DNA of 64,000 bases from Octopus vulgaris. Taxonomy: Eukaryota. Position numbers and translations under genes: made by a program. Location: NCBI GenBank assembly GCA_951406725.2, contig OX597836.1, positions 20,708,001 to 20,772,000 on the forward strand. Reading direction: 5' to 3'. Below the pieces are notes generated by a model. The model was not told the origin of the DNA and searched no databases. It saw nothing but the letters and a program-made list of their open reading frames with translations. This document shows, one piece after another, positions 12,980 through 24,790 of this stretch (positions within the stretch are counted from its first letter, which is position 1; each line of letters starts with the position of its first letter).

Positions 12980-14566
12980 CATATATATACATGTATATAC
13001 ACATCTGTGTGCATACATATATATGTGTGTTTGTATATATATATATATATATATACATACGTGCACAAATAATGTATTTGTTTATATGCATATACATTTA
13101 TATCTGCTTGTATACATATGCATGCACCCACACACACACTCCTTTGAATTGATGCACACATGCATTCCAATCAAAATCTAAACATTGATTGCTGTACAAA
13201 AGAACAGACTCACTTCTATTTTATATTAATTAGATCTTCATTAACTCACACAATGACAATGCTAACGAGGAAACTAACACAAAAACAGAAGATAAATAAC
13301 TACATTTTGTTTCTTCATATATAACATATTATATTAATTAAAGCTAAAAAAAAAATAAATTGCACAATTAGATTTTTTTTTCTCCTCCCGATAAGATGAG
13401 GATGGATGCTAATATGTAAAGTTAATGAAAAGAAAATATTAATAAACACAAGGTAACAGTAAATTAATTGACCTGAAGGTCAAATATACAAACCTCAATA
13501 CAGTTAGATTCCTAAACACATTGCAATAGCTGTCTTTCAAGTTTGTTTTTTTGTTGGTAAATTTTTAAATTAGAAGTAATTAATTAGAAAGTTGATTTGA
13601 TAGAAACAATCTCTATCTCTCTCCCTATTTCATTTTCTCTTTTTATATATTATTATTATTGTTATATATATGTATTTTTTCTTCACATTTTGATTGAGTA
13701 TGTGTTTAAAAATTCAGATATTTGTTGACAACCATAAAAGATCCGTGGTTAGAGAAAAAAAAAATACGGTAGGAAAAAGACAAATATAAAAAAAAAAGAC
13801 CAAAATGAGGAGGGGGAAAATTAGCGAAGAAGAGCAAAAAAAATCTACTTTGGCATAATTAAACTATGTAAAAAAAAAAAAAAGAAGAAGAAGAGAAAAC
13901 AAAAACAAAGTGCCCGAAGCAATTAAATGGTGATTGGTAATTAGTTATATGTTAGAGAAGGAGGGACTAGTAATTAGTACAGGAATTGTGTCATATACAT
14001 CTTCATCGAAATCAAATAAGCTTAAACAAACCACCAATGAGAGAGAGATAAGTTAATCCTTTAGGAGTTCAAACTAGCTGGCTAATGCGTGTGTGTGTGT
14101 GAGGTCGGTATGCAAATATGAAGAGTTTAATTATTCACATTCATTTCCACTTTCAAATCAAATAATTTTATCTGTTTCTTTACATTCATTAATAATTTGG
14201 TTTGTTTTTTTTTAATTTAAGGATTCTTTTTATTCGTTATTACACCTGTACACTTTTACTATTAATGCTATATATTCTCATTGCTTATTACTGTACATGT
14301 ATGCTCTAATACATTACACCAAGATTTTGAGGTCCTGTACACTCTTATTGTTCATTTCTGTACAGGTGTATAAAAAAAGTTAAGTACAAGTATACCTACT
14401 ACCAAATAGTGTAAACCTGTAACCATCTGTTTAATACTGTATACCTGTACAACTATATATTCCTATTATTTATTGCTGCACACCTGTAAAAGAACCAGAA
14501 AGAACAGCTACCACAAGGCATTTGATCTGATGTTTCAACAATTCTGCCAATCCACTGTCCTGAGTG

Positions 14567-14623
<57 letters not shown>

Positions 14624-14633
14624 GTTCTTATAA

Positions 14634-14800
14634 TTGTTTCAGTCATTTGACTGCAGCCATACTGGAGCACCGCCTTTAGTTGAGCAAATCGACCCCAGGA
14701 CTTATTCTTTGTAAGCCTAGAACTTATTCTATCGGTGTCTTTAGCCGAACCAGCATCAGTTTTCAAGCGATGTTGGGGGGACAAACACAGACACACAAAC

Positions 14801-14843
<43 letters not shown>

Positions 14844-15013
14844 CACACATACACAATGGGCTTCTTTCAGTTTCCATCTACCAAATCCACTCACAAGGCT
14901 TGGTTGGCCCGAGGCTATAGTAGAAGACATTTGCCCAAGGTGCCATGCAGTGGGACTGAACCCAGAACCATGTGGTTGGTAAGCAAGCTACTTACCACAC
15001 AGCCACTCCTACG
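14634..15013 (-). mobile_element. SINE family 1, subtype A (small internal deletion)
   Basis: Homology to other family-1 copies. Confidence 0.85.
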
Positions 15014-15137
15014 CTTATATATATATTTCTTATCAATCCTGAAAGGATGAAAAACTATTTGGCCTTAGTGGGGCCTGAATCTAGAGTACAGAAAGTGGAA
15101 ATGAATCCTATGAGGAAGTCTATCCAATGCTCTACAT

Positions 15138-15385
15138 CAATGGTTCTCAACTAGGAGCCATATGGCCCTTAGGGGTCCATATAAGATTTAACTGTTAAAA
15201 TTTATGTGTAATAATTTGATTATACTTCTACAAGACACAAAATATTAAAAAAATTTTTAATACAATTCCTAATAATATTTGATTATAAAAATACAGTAGG
15301 ACTTCTTTTTCAAATACAGTGAATGGTTCTGGAGGGCCAGTAGAGTATAATAGAAATGAAAGGGGTCCTTATGTCAAAAATGGAC
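15138..15385 (+). mobile_element. Probable hAT/Charlie-type MITE remnant
   Basis: Starts CAATGGTTCTCAAC (Charlie-like TIR) and has GGGGTCC subterminal repeats. The right end is decayed. Confidence 0.45.
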
Positions 15386-16250
15386 ATGAAGAGCAAGTAT
15401 ACAGTGCATGTATTTAATTGGCAAAATATGACCATCCCCAGGTATAATGATATTATTTTTTTAATTATTCACTTATAAGGGGACAATTACTGGTTCAGTG
15501 AACATTTGATGGCAGCACCAGCCTCTAACTCTGGCAGAATAAATAATATCACTTTTTTGATGGTCTGATTTATTGGGAGTTTGTTCATGATGTGTATACA
15601 AGTACAAAACCATAAAAAAAGAGATGCCACAGCAGAGACAAGTTTTAACAAATGTTTAATATTTAAAGAGATGAGAAAGAATCTATCTTTCATTATATGC
15701 ATACATGTACATATATATATGTGTATGTTGGCCTGCTCGCTTAGCCAGCGGGGTGGCGTCATTTGAAGGCTAAAACTATGTGAAGCACATTGTGACCAGC
15801 GATGTGTAGCAACATCTGATAGCCTGGTACGTCATGTGATATGTGTATCTATGTAGGCATGTGTGTGTATGTAATATGCACACCCAAACACCCAATTGGC
15901 TTTTCTCCCACAGTTTACTGTCTACAAAATTTCATTCACAAAATAGAACTGGTATACTCAAAACTATGGTAGAAAAAACCCTCTTTTTTTTAACATGTTG
16001 AGATTGATGAGGTTGTGTTAATGTTTTCTGTAAAGTGTTGCAGGTGAATACCACAAGGAAAGAAATTCAAGAAGGCTGGTGCTCTTAGGAAGAAGGGCCA
16101 AGAATAGTGTTGTGAGCAGGGTGTGTGTGTGTGTGGGGGGCACAAGGCTGGCTAGAAGAAAAGAGAGGAGTGGAGTAGAGGTGCCTGAATGGAGGAGGTA
16201 CAGGTCAGTCTGCTTGGATAAACAGAGACCATTGTAGTAGCAACAGAAGA

Positions 16251-16308
<58 letters not shown>

Positions 16309-17339
16309 TGGATGGATGAATGGATGGATAGTTGGATATCATGCCTTATAGGCATGGTTTCACGCAATAGGATTAATTTTGGAATCTCTACACTTCTCCA
16401 GCAAACTTTCAGGCCACACAGCTAAGCCTATATATCGATGCAACCATTTCGTGTAGCTCTCTCTCTGTTCTATACACATTTTTAATGTAGAATATACAGT
16501 TACAATATTAATTTAGGACAAAATATATAGATGAAAGAACAGCAAGGAAACAAGTGTTTAAACATATCAAAAGCAGTCAACGGATTTAATTGATTATTTA
16601 TGGTTCAGTTAACATTTTTTTTTTTTTTGCTAATAAATTAAAAATTTTCTGCTTTAATAACAAAAATCAATCGGAATCTAGTTACATGGTCGTATAAGCA
16701 GGACCGTGTTGTGTGACTGAGATCTAAGTCTAAGGGACATAATCCTAATTTTTACTCGACTTCACACTAAAAGTTATTAACACTTAAAAGAAAAAAATCA
16801 CTAGCTGGATCTCTTAAATCTGTCTTTCCATGGTCTGCCAACTCTCATGGCTGGTACATTTTTCTGCTTTTTGGTGGGGGTGTTGTTTTAGAATTTATAC
16901 CAAATAATACAATAAACACTTTGTTTGGAAACATTAGTTGTATTCCTGTTTTAAGTTGTGTTATTTTAACATTGATAACATGTTTGTTAACATATATATA
17001 CACACATATAGCAACTATATTGTGGAAGGCACCTTTAATAAATGACAAGCTGTTAAATTCACTGTAAAATATATAATTATTTTAAAAAAGAACCAAATTT
17101 TTTGTTGTACACTGTAAGCTGGTCACCAAGAGAGAATCCCTTGCAATAAACTGACCCCTTACAAGAGGAGCCTCTATGTAAAAGGTTAATTACTAAAGGT
17201 GAGGATTCGTAGAATGAAATTATATTGGGTTTCGATACACCATCAATCATGTTTTCTACTCAATGAGAACACAATGTCCAGTTCATATTCTAATCCAACA
17301 AAGATTATTTTTGAAAATGTATTTAAAATATACATATTT

Positions 17340-17535
17340 ATTTCTTTACAACCCACAAGGGGCTAAACATAGAGGGGACAAACAAGGACAGACAAACGGA
17401 TTAAGTCGATTACATCGACTCCAGTGTGTAACTGGTACTTAATTCATCGACCCCAGAATTTGAACTCAGAACGTAACAGCAGATGAAATACGGCTACGCA
17501 TTTTGCCCGACATGCTAACGTTTCTACCAGCTCGC
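17340..17535 (-). mobile_element. SINE family 2 with internal deletion
   Basis: Homolog of 36213-36438 that lacks the GAAAGGATGAAAGGCAAAGTCGACC segment between two TCGACC repeats. Confidence 0.8.
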
Positions 17536-17539
17536 AGGA

Positions 17540-18073
17540 GGAGACACATGGGATAGAGAGTTACTGAAGAGGTCACAGGATGTGTGAAAAAAGATTTCCA
17601 GACAAAGGCTACTAAAATAAGAAGTACAGAATCCTGCTTATCATCCAGTGCCCCTTGTAGCAAATCTTTGTAAGCTCAACCTTAAAAAAGGTGTGGCTAC
17701 ATTGGTGTTAGAGAACATTTACAAATAATTGTATTAAATCAAGTATTTTAATATGCAAAATGAATTATTGTAAAAAGATTATATATTTTTACATTTATGA
17801 TTTTGTTTTGCATGATTCTTGATGTGAAATAGTGTGTTGAAAAAGATATTGTTATATTTGGGGATGGTTTTATTTTTGCCAATTAAACACACACACTACA
17901 TATTCATTCTTCACTTCAGTTTTATTATTATTCTTATTTTTTAGTGTGTCTTTTGTCACACATCCTGTGACCTCATCAATGACTCTCTATCTCACGTGTC
18001 TAATCTTGTTCTGCTTATTCCATATTGTTTTTCTGTCGGGTGTCTCTATTTGTTCATGTGTTTGCATCTGTAT

Positions 18074-18114
<41 letters not shown>

Positions 18115-18312
18115 CACGACAGAATGAACTAAACAACAGGATGAGACACATGGGATAGAGAGTTACTGAAGAGGTCACAGGGTGTGTGACAAAAGATTTC
18201 CAGACAAAGGCCACTAAAATAAGAATAACAATAAAGCTGAAGTGAAGACTAAGTATATATAATGCCTGTGGTGAACCGCTAAAAATAAGACCATCCTCAA
18301 ATATAACAGTAT
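17540..18312. mobile_element. Penelope-like remnant with direct and inverted copies of a hammerhead-like unit
   Basis: Direct copies near 17541-17624 and 18143-18312, and an inverted copy at 17846-18012. The unit contains CTGAAGA-G-GTCACA...TGTGAC-AAA-AGATTT-C. Confidence 0.55.
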
Positions 18313-18938
18313 TATATATTTATCCAGATTATTAATAAGTTTGTTTTGTGGGGATTAAAACTTTTTCTTTGCACCAGTCATAATTATTATCCTTCAGTTA
18401 GGAGAAAAAGATTAACAAGTTTTTTCCTGCATATCAACAATTCTGATATAAAGTTTATAACAAAAGCATTTATAGATAGTTTTTATAGACTTAACGAAAC
18501 CAAAGGGAAAATTTTATAATAAAAACAACGAATCTTGCCAAATTTTGTAAAATTTCTATTGAAGACAACAAATCGAGGGGGGAAAAAAATTAAATAGGAA
18601 AACTGAGTTATTTCCCTTAGACTGTAAACAGGATGCTAAATCAATGCTGAGATAGTTAAAAGGAGCAATTCAAACTTGTGATTCCTTTCAAGGTAGATAA
18701 AATATGATAGTAGGCGTCGTTGCTGTAATTTTAATCTCAGATGAGCTCACATAATCAGTTTTCACTTTGCCCTTCTTTCTCAGACATAAACAAGGATGCG
18801 CGCGCGCACACACAGACACACAAGCACACACACATGGATGTGTGGTTAAGAAGGTCACTTTACAACCACATGGTTTCAGGTTCAGTTCCACTGCATGGTA
18901 CCTTGGGGAAGCATCTTCTATTGTAATCAAAGGATACC

Positions 18939-19166
18939 TATTTCTTTACTACCCACAAGGGGCTAAACACAGAGGAGACAAACAAGGACAGACAAACGGA
19001 TTAAGTCGATTATACTGACCCAGTGCCTAACTGGTACTTAATTTATCGACCCCGAAAGGATGAAAGGCAAAGTCGACCTCGGCGGAATTTGAACTCAGAA
19101 CGTAACAGCAGACGAAATACCGCAAAGCATTTCACCCGGTGTGCTAATGTTTCTGCCAGCTCGCCA
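18939..19166 (-). mobile_element. SINE family 2 (about 230 bp)
   Basis: tRNA-like head GGCGAGCTGGCAGAA...GAGTTCAAATTCC, central GGTCGACTTTGCCTTTCATCCTTTCGGGGTCGATAAA, and tail ...GTAGTAAAGAAATA. Confidence 0.85.
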
Positions 19167-19610
19167 GAGGATACCAACACCTTCCAAGCCAATCTGGCAG
19201 CTGGAAACTGAGTGGAAGCTTGTCACACACAAACACACACATATTTATGGTGGGGTGGATGATCTTTGTGATTGTCTTCCCACTGTTTGTTAACCAGTGA
19301 TGGTTTGTTTGCATTACTGTAAATAAGTAGTTTGATAAAAGAGACCGATAGAATAAGAACCAGACATAAAAGATAAATACCAGGGTCAATTTGACTGACC
19401 AAGCTCTTCAAGGCAGTGTCCCACCATCGCTAAAATCCAATGATTTGTTTTGGTCATTGTCTTGCACCCATGTGCTCACACACACATATTTACCTCAAGT
19501 CACTCTCTTGCTTCTACTAAATATCAATATAAATATCTATACACTCTTCTTTTGAGTGTCATTTTTCCTGTTTGCATCACCATACCTCTGTGTGTGTGTG
19601 TGTAGATATA

Positions 19611-20400
19611 CAGGGTATGATGGGTAAGTTGTCGCCATTTTATATTTTTAATTTCACGCATGTGTATTGTTGATTTTTGATTTTGTTGACAACAAAGTAT
19701 AGTAGGGTCAGTCGGGCACCATCTGTGATAAAAAACATCCCCATGATGCAATTCACTCTGCCAGAAATTTGGAGATGATATGCTGCACTGCTTGGCTTTC
19801 ACGCTGGAAGTTCCAATATGAACATTTCAGTGTATTTGGGTGTCAATCTGAGGACATGTACCGAGAGTGATAAAGATCAAACATCCAGTCAACATCATGG
19901 TGTTTCGAGTGATCACTAGGGCAATGTTATGCTTTCATTCATCTTCCCATACGGCCTCAGTTTCAACACAGAGGCCCTACATCAAATGCCTGGAGGAAGT
20001 AGTGCTGCCCTGGATCAAGAGTTTGGCTGCTGTAAGACCCTATGTCTGACAACAGGACTCTGCACCATGCCACACAAGCAGGAGAACCCAGTCATGGCTG
20101 TCAGACAATTTCTGTGACCACATCACTCCTAACATCTGGCCACCTAATTCCCCAGACTGCAACCCCCTTGATTATTGTGTGGGGTGCAGTTGAGTGAGAG
20201 ACCAACAAAACTCCTTGTAACACCAAAGATGAACTGCAGGTAAGGATTATGGCAGCATTCACCAAGTTAAACAAGGAGACCGTCCTGAAGGGTTGCAGAA
20301 GATTCCAAAGTCGTCTGGAATCTGCTGTAACTCTTGGTTGAAGCCAATTGCGATTTTATTGAATAAATTTACTCCTTAGTATTTCAATGATATTTTTTTG
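19611..20400 (+). mobile_element. Tc1/mariner superfamily DD37D (maT-type) transposon fossil, internally deleted
   Basis: TA-CAGGGTATG 5' end and an HTH-like N-terminus from 19743. Catalytic region QQDSAPCHTSRRTQSWLSDNFCDHITPNIWPPNSPDCNPLDY has 37 residues between the last two Asp. Contains stops and frameshifts. Confidence 0.88.
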
Positions 20401-20535
20401 CAAAGATGCCAATTTTGAAAATTGTGCTCATGGAGAGTTGTCACTTCCCTATAAACTATGCCATCGGAATGAGTTTGTCAACATTTTTACCTAAATAAAA
20501 CAAAAAAGTGTTTGTCCTTCAATTGTGTCTGTCTG

Positions 20536-20572
<37 letters not shown>

Positions 20573-20934
20573 CACACAGATATACACCACATACGTGTAT
20601 GTACTCAATATTTCCACAACATTTGGAAAATCAATTATCAAGAGCCCTCATGATTGCTCAATGTTTGACCTGCTATAAATAGCTCCCAAATTTTCCACAA
20701 ATCACAACTATCTTAAAGTCAAGGAAGAGTATAGCTAGGACTATATTGGTTAATGTAGTCCTAGATACATATAATGTTTGTGAAACAAGAAAACAAAATA
20801 AAGGAAAAAACAGAGAAACGATCATGGCTTGATTGTCTTTCATCAATATGAGTATATGAGTTTCTTCCTGATTAGGCCTGACCTGGGGTTAAATAACAAC
20901 AACAACAATAGCAACAATAACAAAACAGATCTTT

Positions 20935-21277
20935 TATCTTTTATATGTTTTGGTTATTATACTGTGGCCATTTTAGAGTACCGCCTTGAAGAACTTTTAG
21001 CCGAGTGTACTCCAGTACTCTCTTTTAATTTTTTAAGCCTGGTACTTATTCTATCAGTCTCTTTTGTCAAACTGCTAAGTTACAGGGATGTAAACACACC
21101 AACACCAGTTGTCAAACACACACACACATTGGGCTTCTTTCAGTTTCCATCGGCTACTCACAAGGCTTTGCCTGGTCGGAAGCTACAGTAGGAGACACTT
21201 GCCCAAGATGCCATGTAGTGGGACTGAACCCAGAACCATGTGGTTGGGAAGCAAGCTTCTTACCACACAGCCACACC
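20935..21277 (-). mobile_element. SINE family 1, older copy
   Basis: Diverged homology to family 1. Confidence 0.7.
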
Positions 21278-21843
21278 TAGAAAATATTTCCATATTTCAG
21301 AATGGTTAATTGTATTTTTTCTTAGAATAAAATAGAGATAATCTAAATAAATACACACACACATACATACACACAAACACACACATAAACACACAGGCAT
21401 CAAACAATATAGAGACAAAAAAATTACAAGAAAACAAATAAAAAGGTTTAGAAAATCCTCTGATCTGATCGATTGGTGAAAATTAATCTATAATTATAAA
21501 TGTATGTGTGTGTGAGAGTGTCAAGTTCACAAACCAGCTCCAGTGTTACATAACATATGTAAATGCAGTGATCTTACACACACACACACAGAGCTGGATA
21601 ATTAATTATTTAGGAAGCTTAGAGAAGTATTGAGCCACTCAGCTAAATAGTCAAGGTTTTATGGTGGAGCATCTTTTTTTCTTTCTTTTTCTCTCTCTTT
21701 TTTTTTTTTGGTAACCTTCAGTTAATAAGTTATGGAGAGGAAGTGGAAAAGTAGAGGAATAGATGGAGAGAGGGAGAGAGTTGAGAGAGTACAAGATACA
21801 CACATTGATACATACAAATATATATATATATATATATAATGTA

Positions 21844-21893
<50 letters not shown>

Positions 21894-22036
21894 TCTATAT
21901 GAGAATTATATATATATATATATTTACATATATCTATAAATATATATAAGAGAGAATTCACAAAAAACAAGAGACAAAGACAGATGGTGTAGATAACAAA
22001 CAGATGTATTAGTTTAACGCTTGGGAAGTGAAAAAG

Positions 22037-22074
22037 TCTTTAACATTTCGAGCCTTCACTCTTCCACAGAAAGG
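22037..22074 (-). ncRNA. Minimal type-I hammerhead-like motif (A6U core) in a Penelope-like remnant
   Basis: Minus strand CCTTT-CTGTGGA-A-GAGT-gaag-GCTC-GAA-ATGT-T-AAAGA, with the same spacing as 62637-62674. Confidence 0.55.
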
Positions 22075-22944
22075 AACACAGAAAAAAGCAAAGAGAAAAT
22101 GAAGAATGTGTAGTGGCTAGTGATCTGTCATGGCGAAGGTCGAAGAGAAGGGTCATATATATATATATATATATATATATATGGGGAGAGAGAGAGAGGA
22201 GGGAGAGGGAGAGATCTAGTTTTTGGCAAAATTAATTTCAAATTTTGGCATCAGGTTAGCAATTTCAAGTGAGGGAGTAAGTCAATTTCACCAACCTCCA
22301 TGCTCAACTGGTACTTATTTTATCGACTCTGAATGGATGACAGGCAAAGTCGACCTTGAAATTTGAACTCAGAAAGGGATGAAACGTTGCTGAAGAGGGA
22401 TGAAATATTGCTAAATATTTTGTCTGATAAGATAACAATTCTGCCAGTTCACTGCCTTTGTAAGTGAAATTATAAATAAAAACAGCCAAACATTTAATGA
22501 AGGAGCACTCAATATATTTAGGTGGCGTGTCAAATTTATTTTTACAAGAATAAGATGACAGTAACTTGAAAGTTTTTGATGACTGGGACTTCAAAGTCAC
22601 AGTTTTCCTGTTTCCTTGTAAAAAATACATGCCTGCATGTGCATGTGTGTGTGCATGTGTGTGTGTGTGTCAGAGACAGACAGACAGACAGACAGAAAGA
22701 GAGGTGCAAGGTACAGGCATGACCGAGTAGTTAAGAAACTGGCTTTGCAAGCCTGTGCTTGTATATCAGTATGTAGTAATATTGAGTGTTTATAGGATAC
22801 TCATCCACATAACTGATATTTCAATGAGAAATCAGATTGAGCAACTAGAATACTCAACACTGAAAATGGACACTGACAGAGGATCTACTAAAAATCATAG
22901 ATTTATGGGAGTATGCATGTGTGTGTGTATATGCACACGTATAT

Positions 22945-23310
22945 AGTGGCACTCCGTCGGTTATGATGATGAGTGTTCCAGTTGATCCAATCAACGGAAC
23001 AGCCTACTCGTGAAATTAGCATGCAAGTGGCTGAGCACTCCACAGACACGTGTACCCTTAACGTAGTTCTTGGGGAGATTAGGTGTGACACAGAGTGTGA
23101 CAAGGCTGGCTCCTTTGAAATACAGGTACAACAGAAACAGGAAGAAAGAGTGAGAAGTACAGCAGGGTTCACTACCACCCTCTGCCGGAGTCTTGTGAAC
23201 CTTTAGGTGTTTTCGCTCAATAACACTCACAATGCCCAATCTAGGAATCGAAACCGCAATTCTATGACTGCAAGTTCACTGCCCTTATCACTGGGCCATT
23301 GTGCCTCCAC
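22945..23310 (-). mobile_element. tRNA-derived SINE family 5a
   Basis: Head GGAGGCACAATGGCCCAGTGATAAGG...GGTTTCGATTCC. Shares its 5' part with 33628-33939 but has a different 3' half. Confidence 0.75.
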
Positions 23311-23495
23311 ACACACATATACACACAGACATCTATGAATGTAAATGTATGTTTGTACATATGTGTGCACATCTGTTTGTATATACATATATGTGTGTAT
23401 GTGTAGTCAATTCAAATAAACGAGTAAAAATTAATGGGCAACATGAGGACATGCACGAGAAATGTATTAGCTTGATGCTCGGTGAAAAGAGAGGA

Positions 23496-23528
23496 TTTGA
23501 CATTTTGAGCATAGCTCTTCGTCAGAAA
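23496..23528 (-). ncRNA. Minimal type-I hammerhead-like motif with canonical CUGACGA core and a G12A lesion
   Basis: Minus strand TTT-CTGACGA-A-GAGC-tat-GCTC-AAA-ATGT-C-AAA. The flank shares an ATGTATTAG motif with the 22037 and 62637 elements. Confidence 0.6.
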
Positions 23529-24039
23529 GGAGAAAGGGAAAAGTCGAAAGAAAGAAAAGAAATTGCCAACAGCACGTGTGTGTATGTGTACACACAAGCG
23601 CACACACACACAAAAGCACGCACACAAACACATACATTTAAATGGTTTTGTGTGTTGTGCATTTTGTGAATTGGTGGGTGAACAAACAGGGATATCATGG
23701 GGTTGAGGGGAGCCTGAATTGTGTCCTGACAGGTAAGGATATGAGAATCTTACCAGTGGTGTGGCCACGTAGCACATAGAAAAAAAAAACCCTCAGTACA
23801 TTCTAAAATGGTTAACAAGTGTGCAGAGACATTGTAAGACCCAGGAAGATCTTCAGACCATAATTGTGGAGGACGGGACAACTTGCAGTAGTGCTGATGC
23901 CACAAAAAATGAACCTAGTACATTTTGTAAAGTTGTTGGCATTAGGAAGGCTATCCAGTATTAGAAACCATGCAGACTGAAAATGGTCGAAAGGGGTGTG
24001 GTTCCCTGTCCACCCAGAACATGCCAATAGATGGGTGGC

Positions 24040-24458
24040 ACTTGTGCCAGTGAGCAGGTGACACGTAAAAAAAAAAAACCATTTGGGCGTGGTCGTTGCC
24101 AGTACTACCTGACTGGCCCTCGTGTCGGTGGCATGTAAAAGCACCCACTACACTCTCGGAGTGGTTGGCATTAGGAAGGGCATCCAGCTGTAGAAACTCT
24201 GCCAGATCAAGATTGGAGCCTGGCACAGCCATCTGGTTCGCCAGTCCTCAGTCAAATCGTCCAACCCATGCTAGCATGGAAAGCGGACGTTAAACACTCT
24301 CGGAGTGGTTGGCGTTAGGAAGGGCATCCAGCTGTAGAAACTCTACCAGATCAAGATTGGAGCCTGGTGCAGCCATCTGGTTCGCCAGTCCTCAGTCAAA
24401 ATCATCCAACCCATGCTAGCATAGAAAGCGGACGTTAAACGATGTTGATGATGATGAT
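24040..24458 (+). mobile_element. Family 3 retroposon end with a tandemly repeated 144-bp 3' segment
   Basis: Units at 24151-24294 and 24295-24439, followed by (GAT)n. Confidence 0.85.
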
Positions 24459-24653
24459 ATATATGTTCATAATTATAGAACCCAATTTAAGTAGAGCCTG
24501 ATGAGGGTGAGCAAGATAAAACTTTGAAGTCACTGTCTACTTTTATCACATAAAAGTTAATAAATACATATTCAACTAAAAAGTATTCAGCAATTCTTCA
24601 ATTTAATGTATGCAAATAACTTGACATAAAAACAAACATACAAACATTAATAT

Positions 24654-24716
<63 letters not shown>

Positions 24717-24745
24717 TATATATATACACACACACATATATATAT

Positions 24746-24790
<45 letters not shown>

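Noticed and set aside
20484-20510. Candidate recursive splice site (poly-Y AG|GTAAAA on minus strand, similar near 44630)
   Set aside because: The donor is weak and such matches are expected in AT-rich DNA. It would need sawtooth nascent-RNA evidence.
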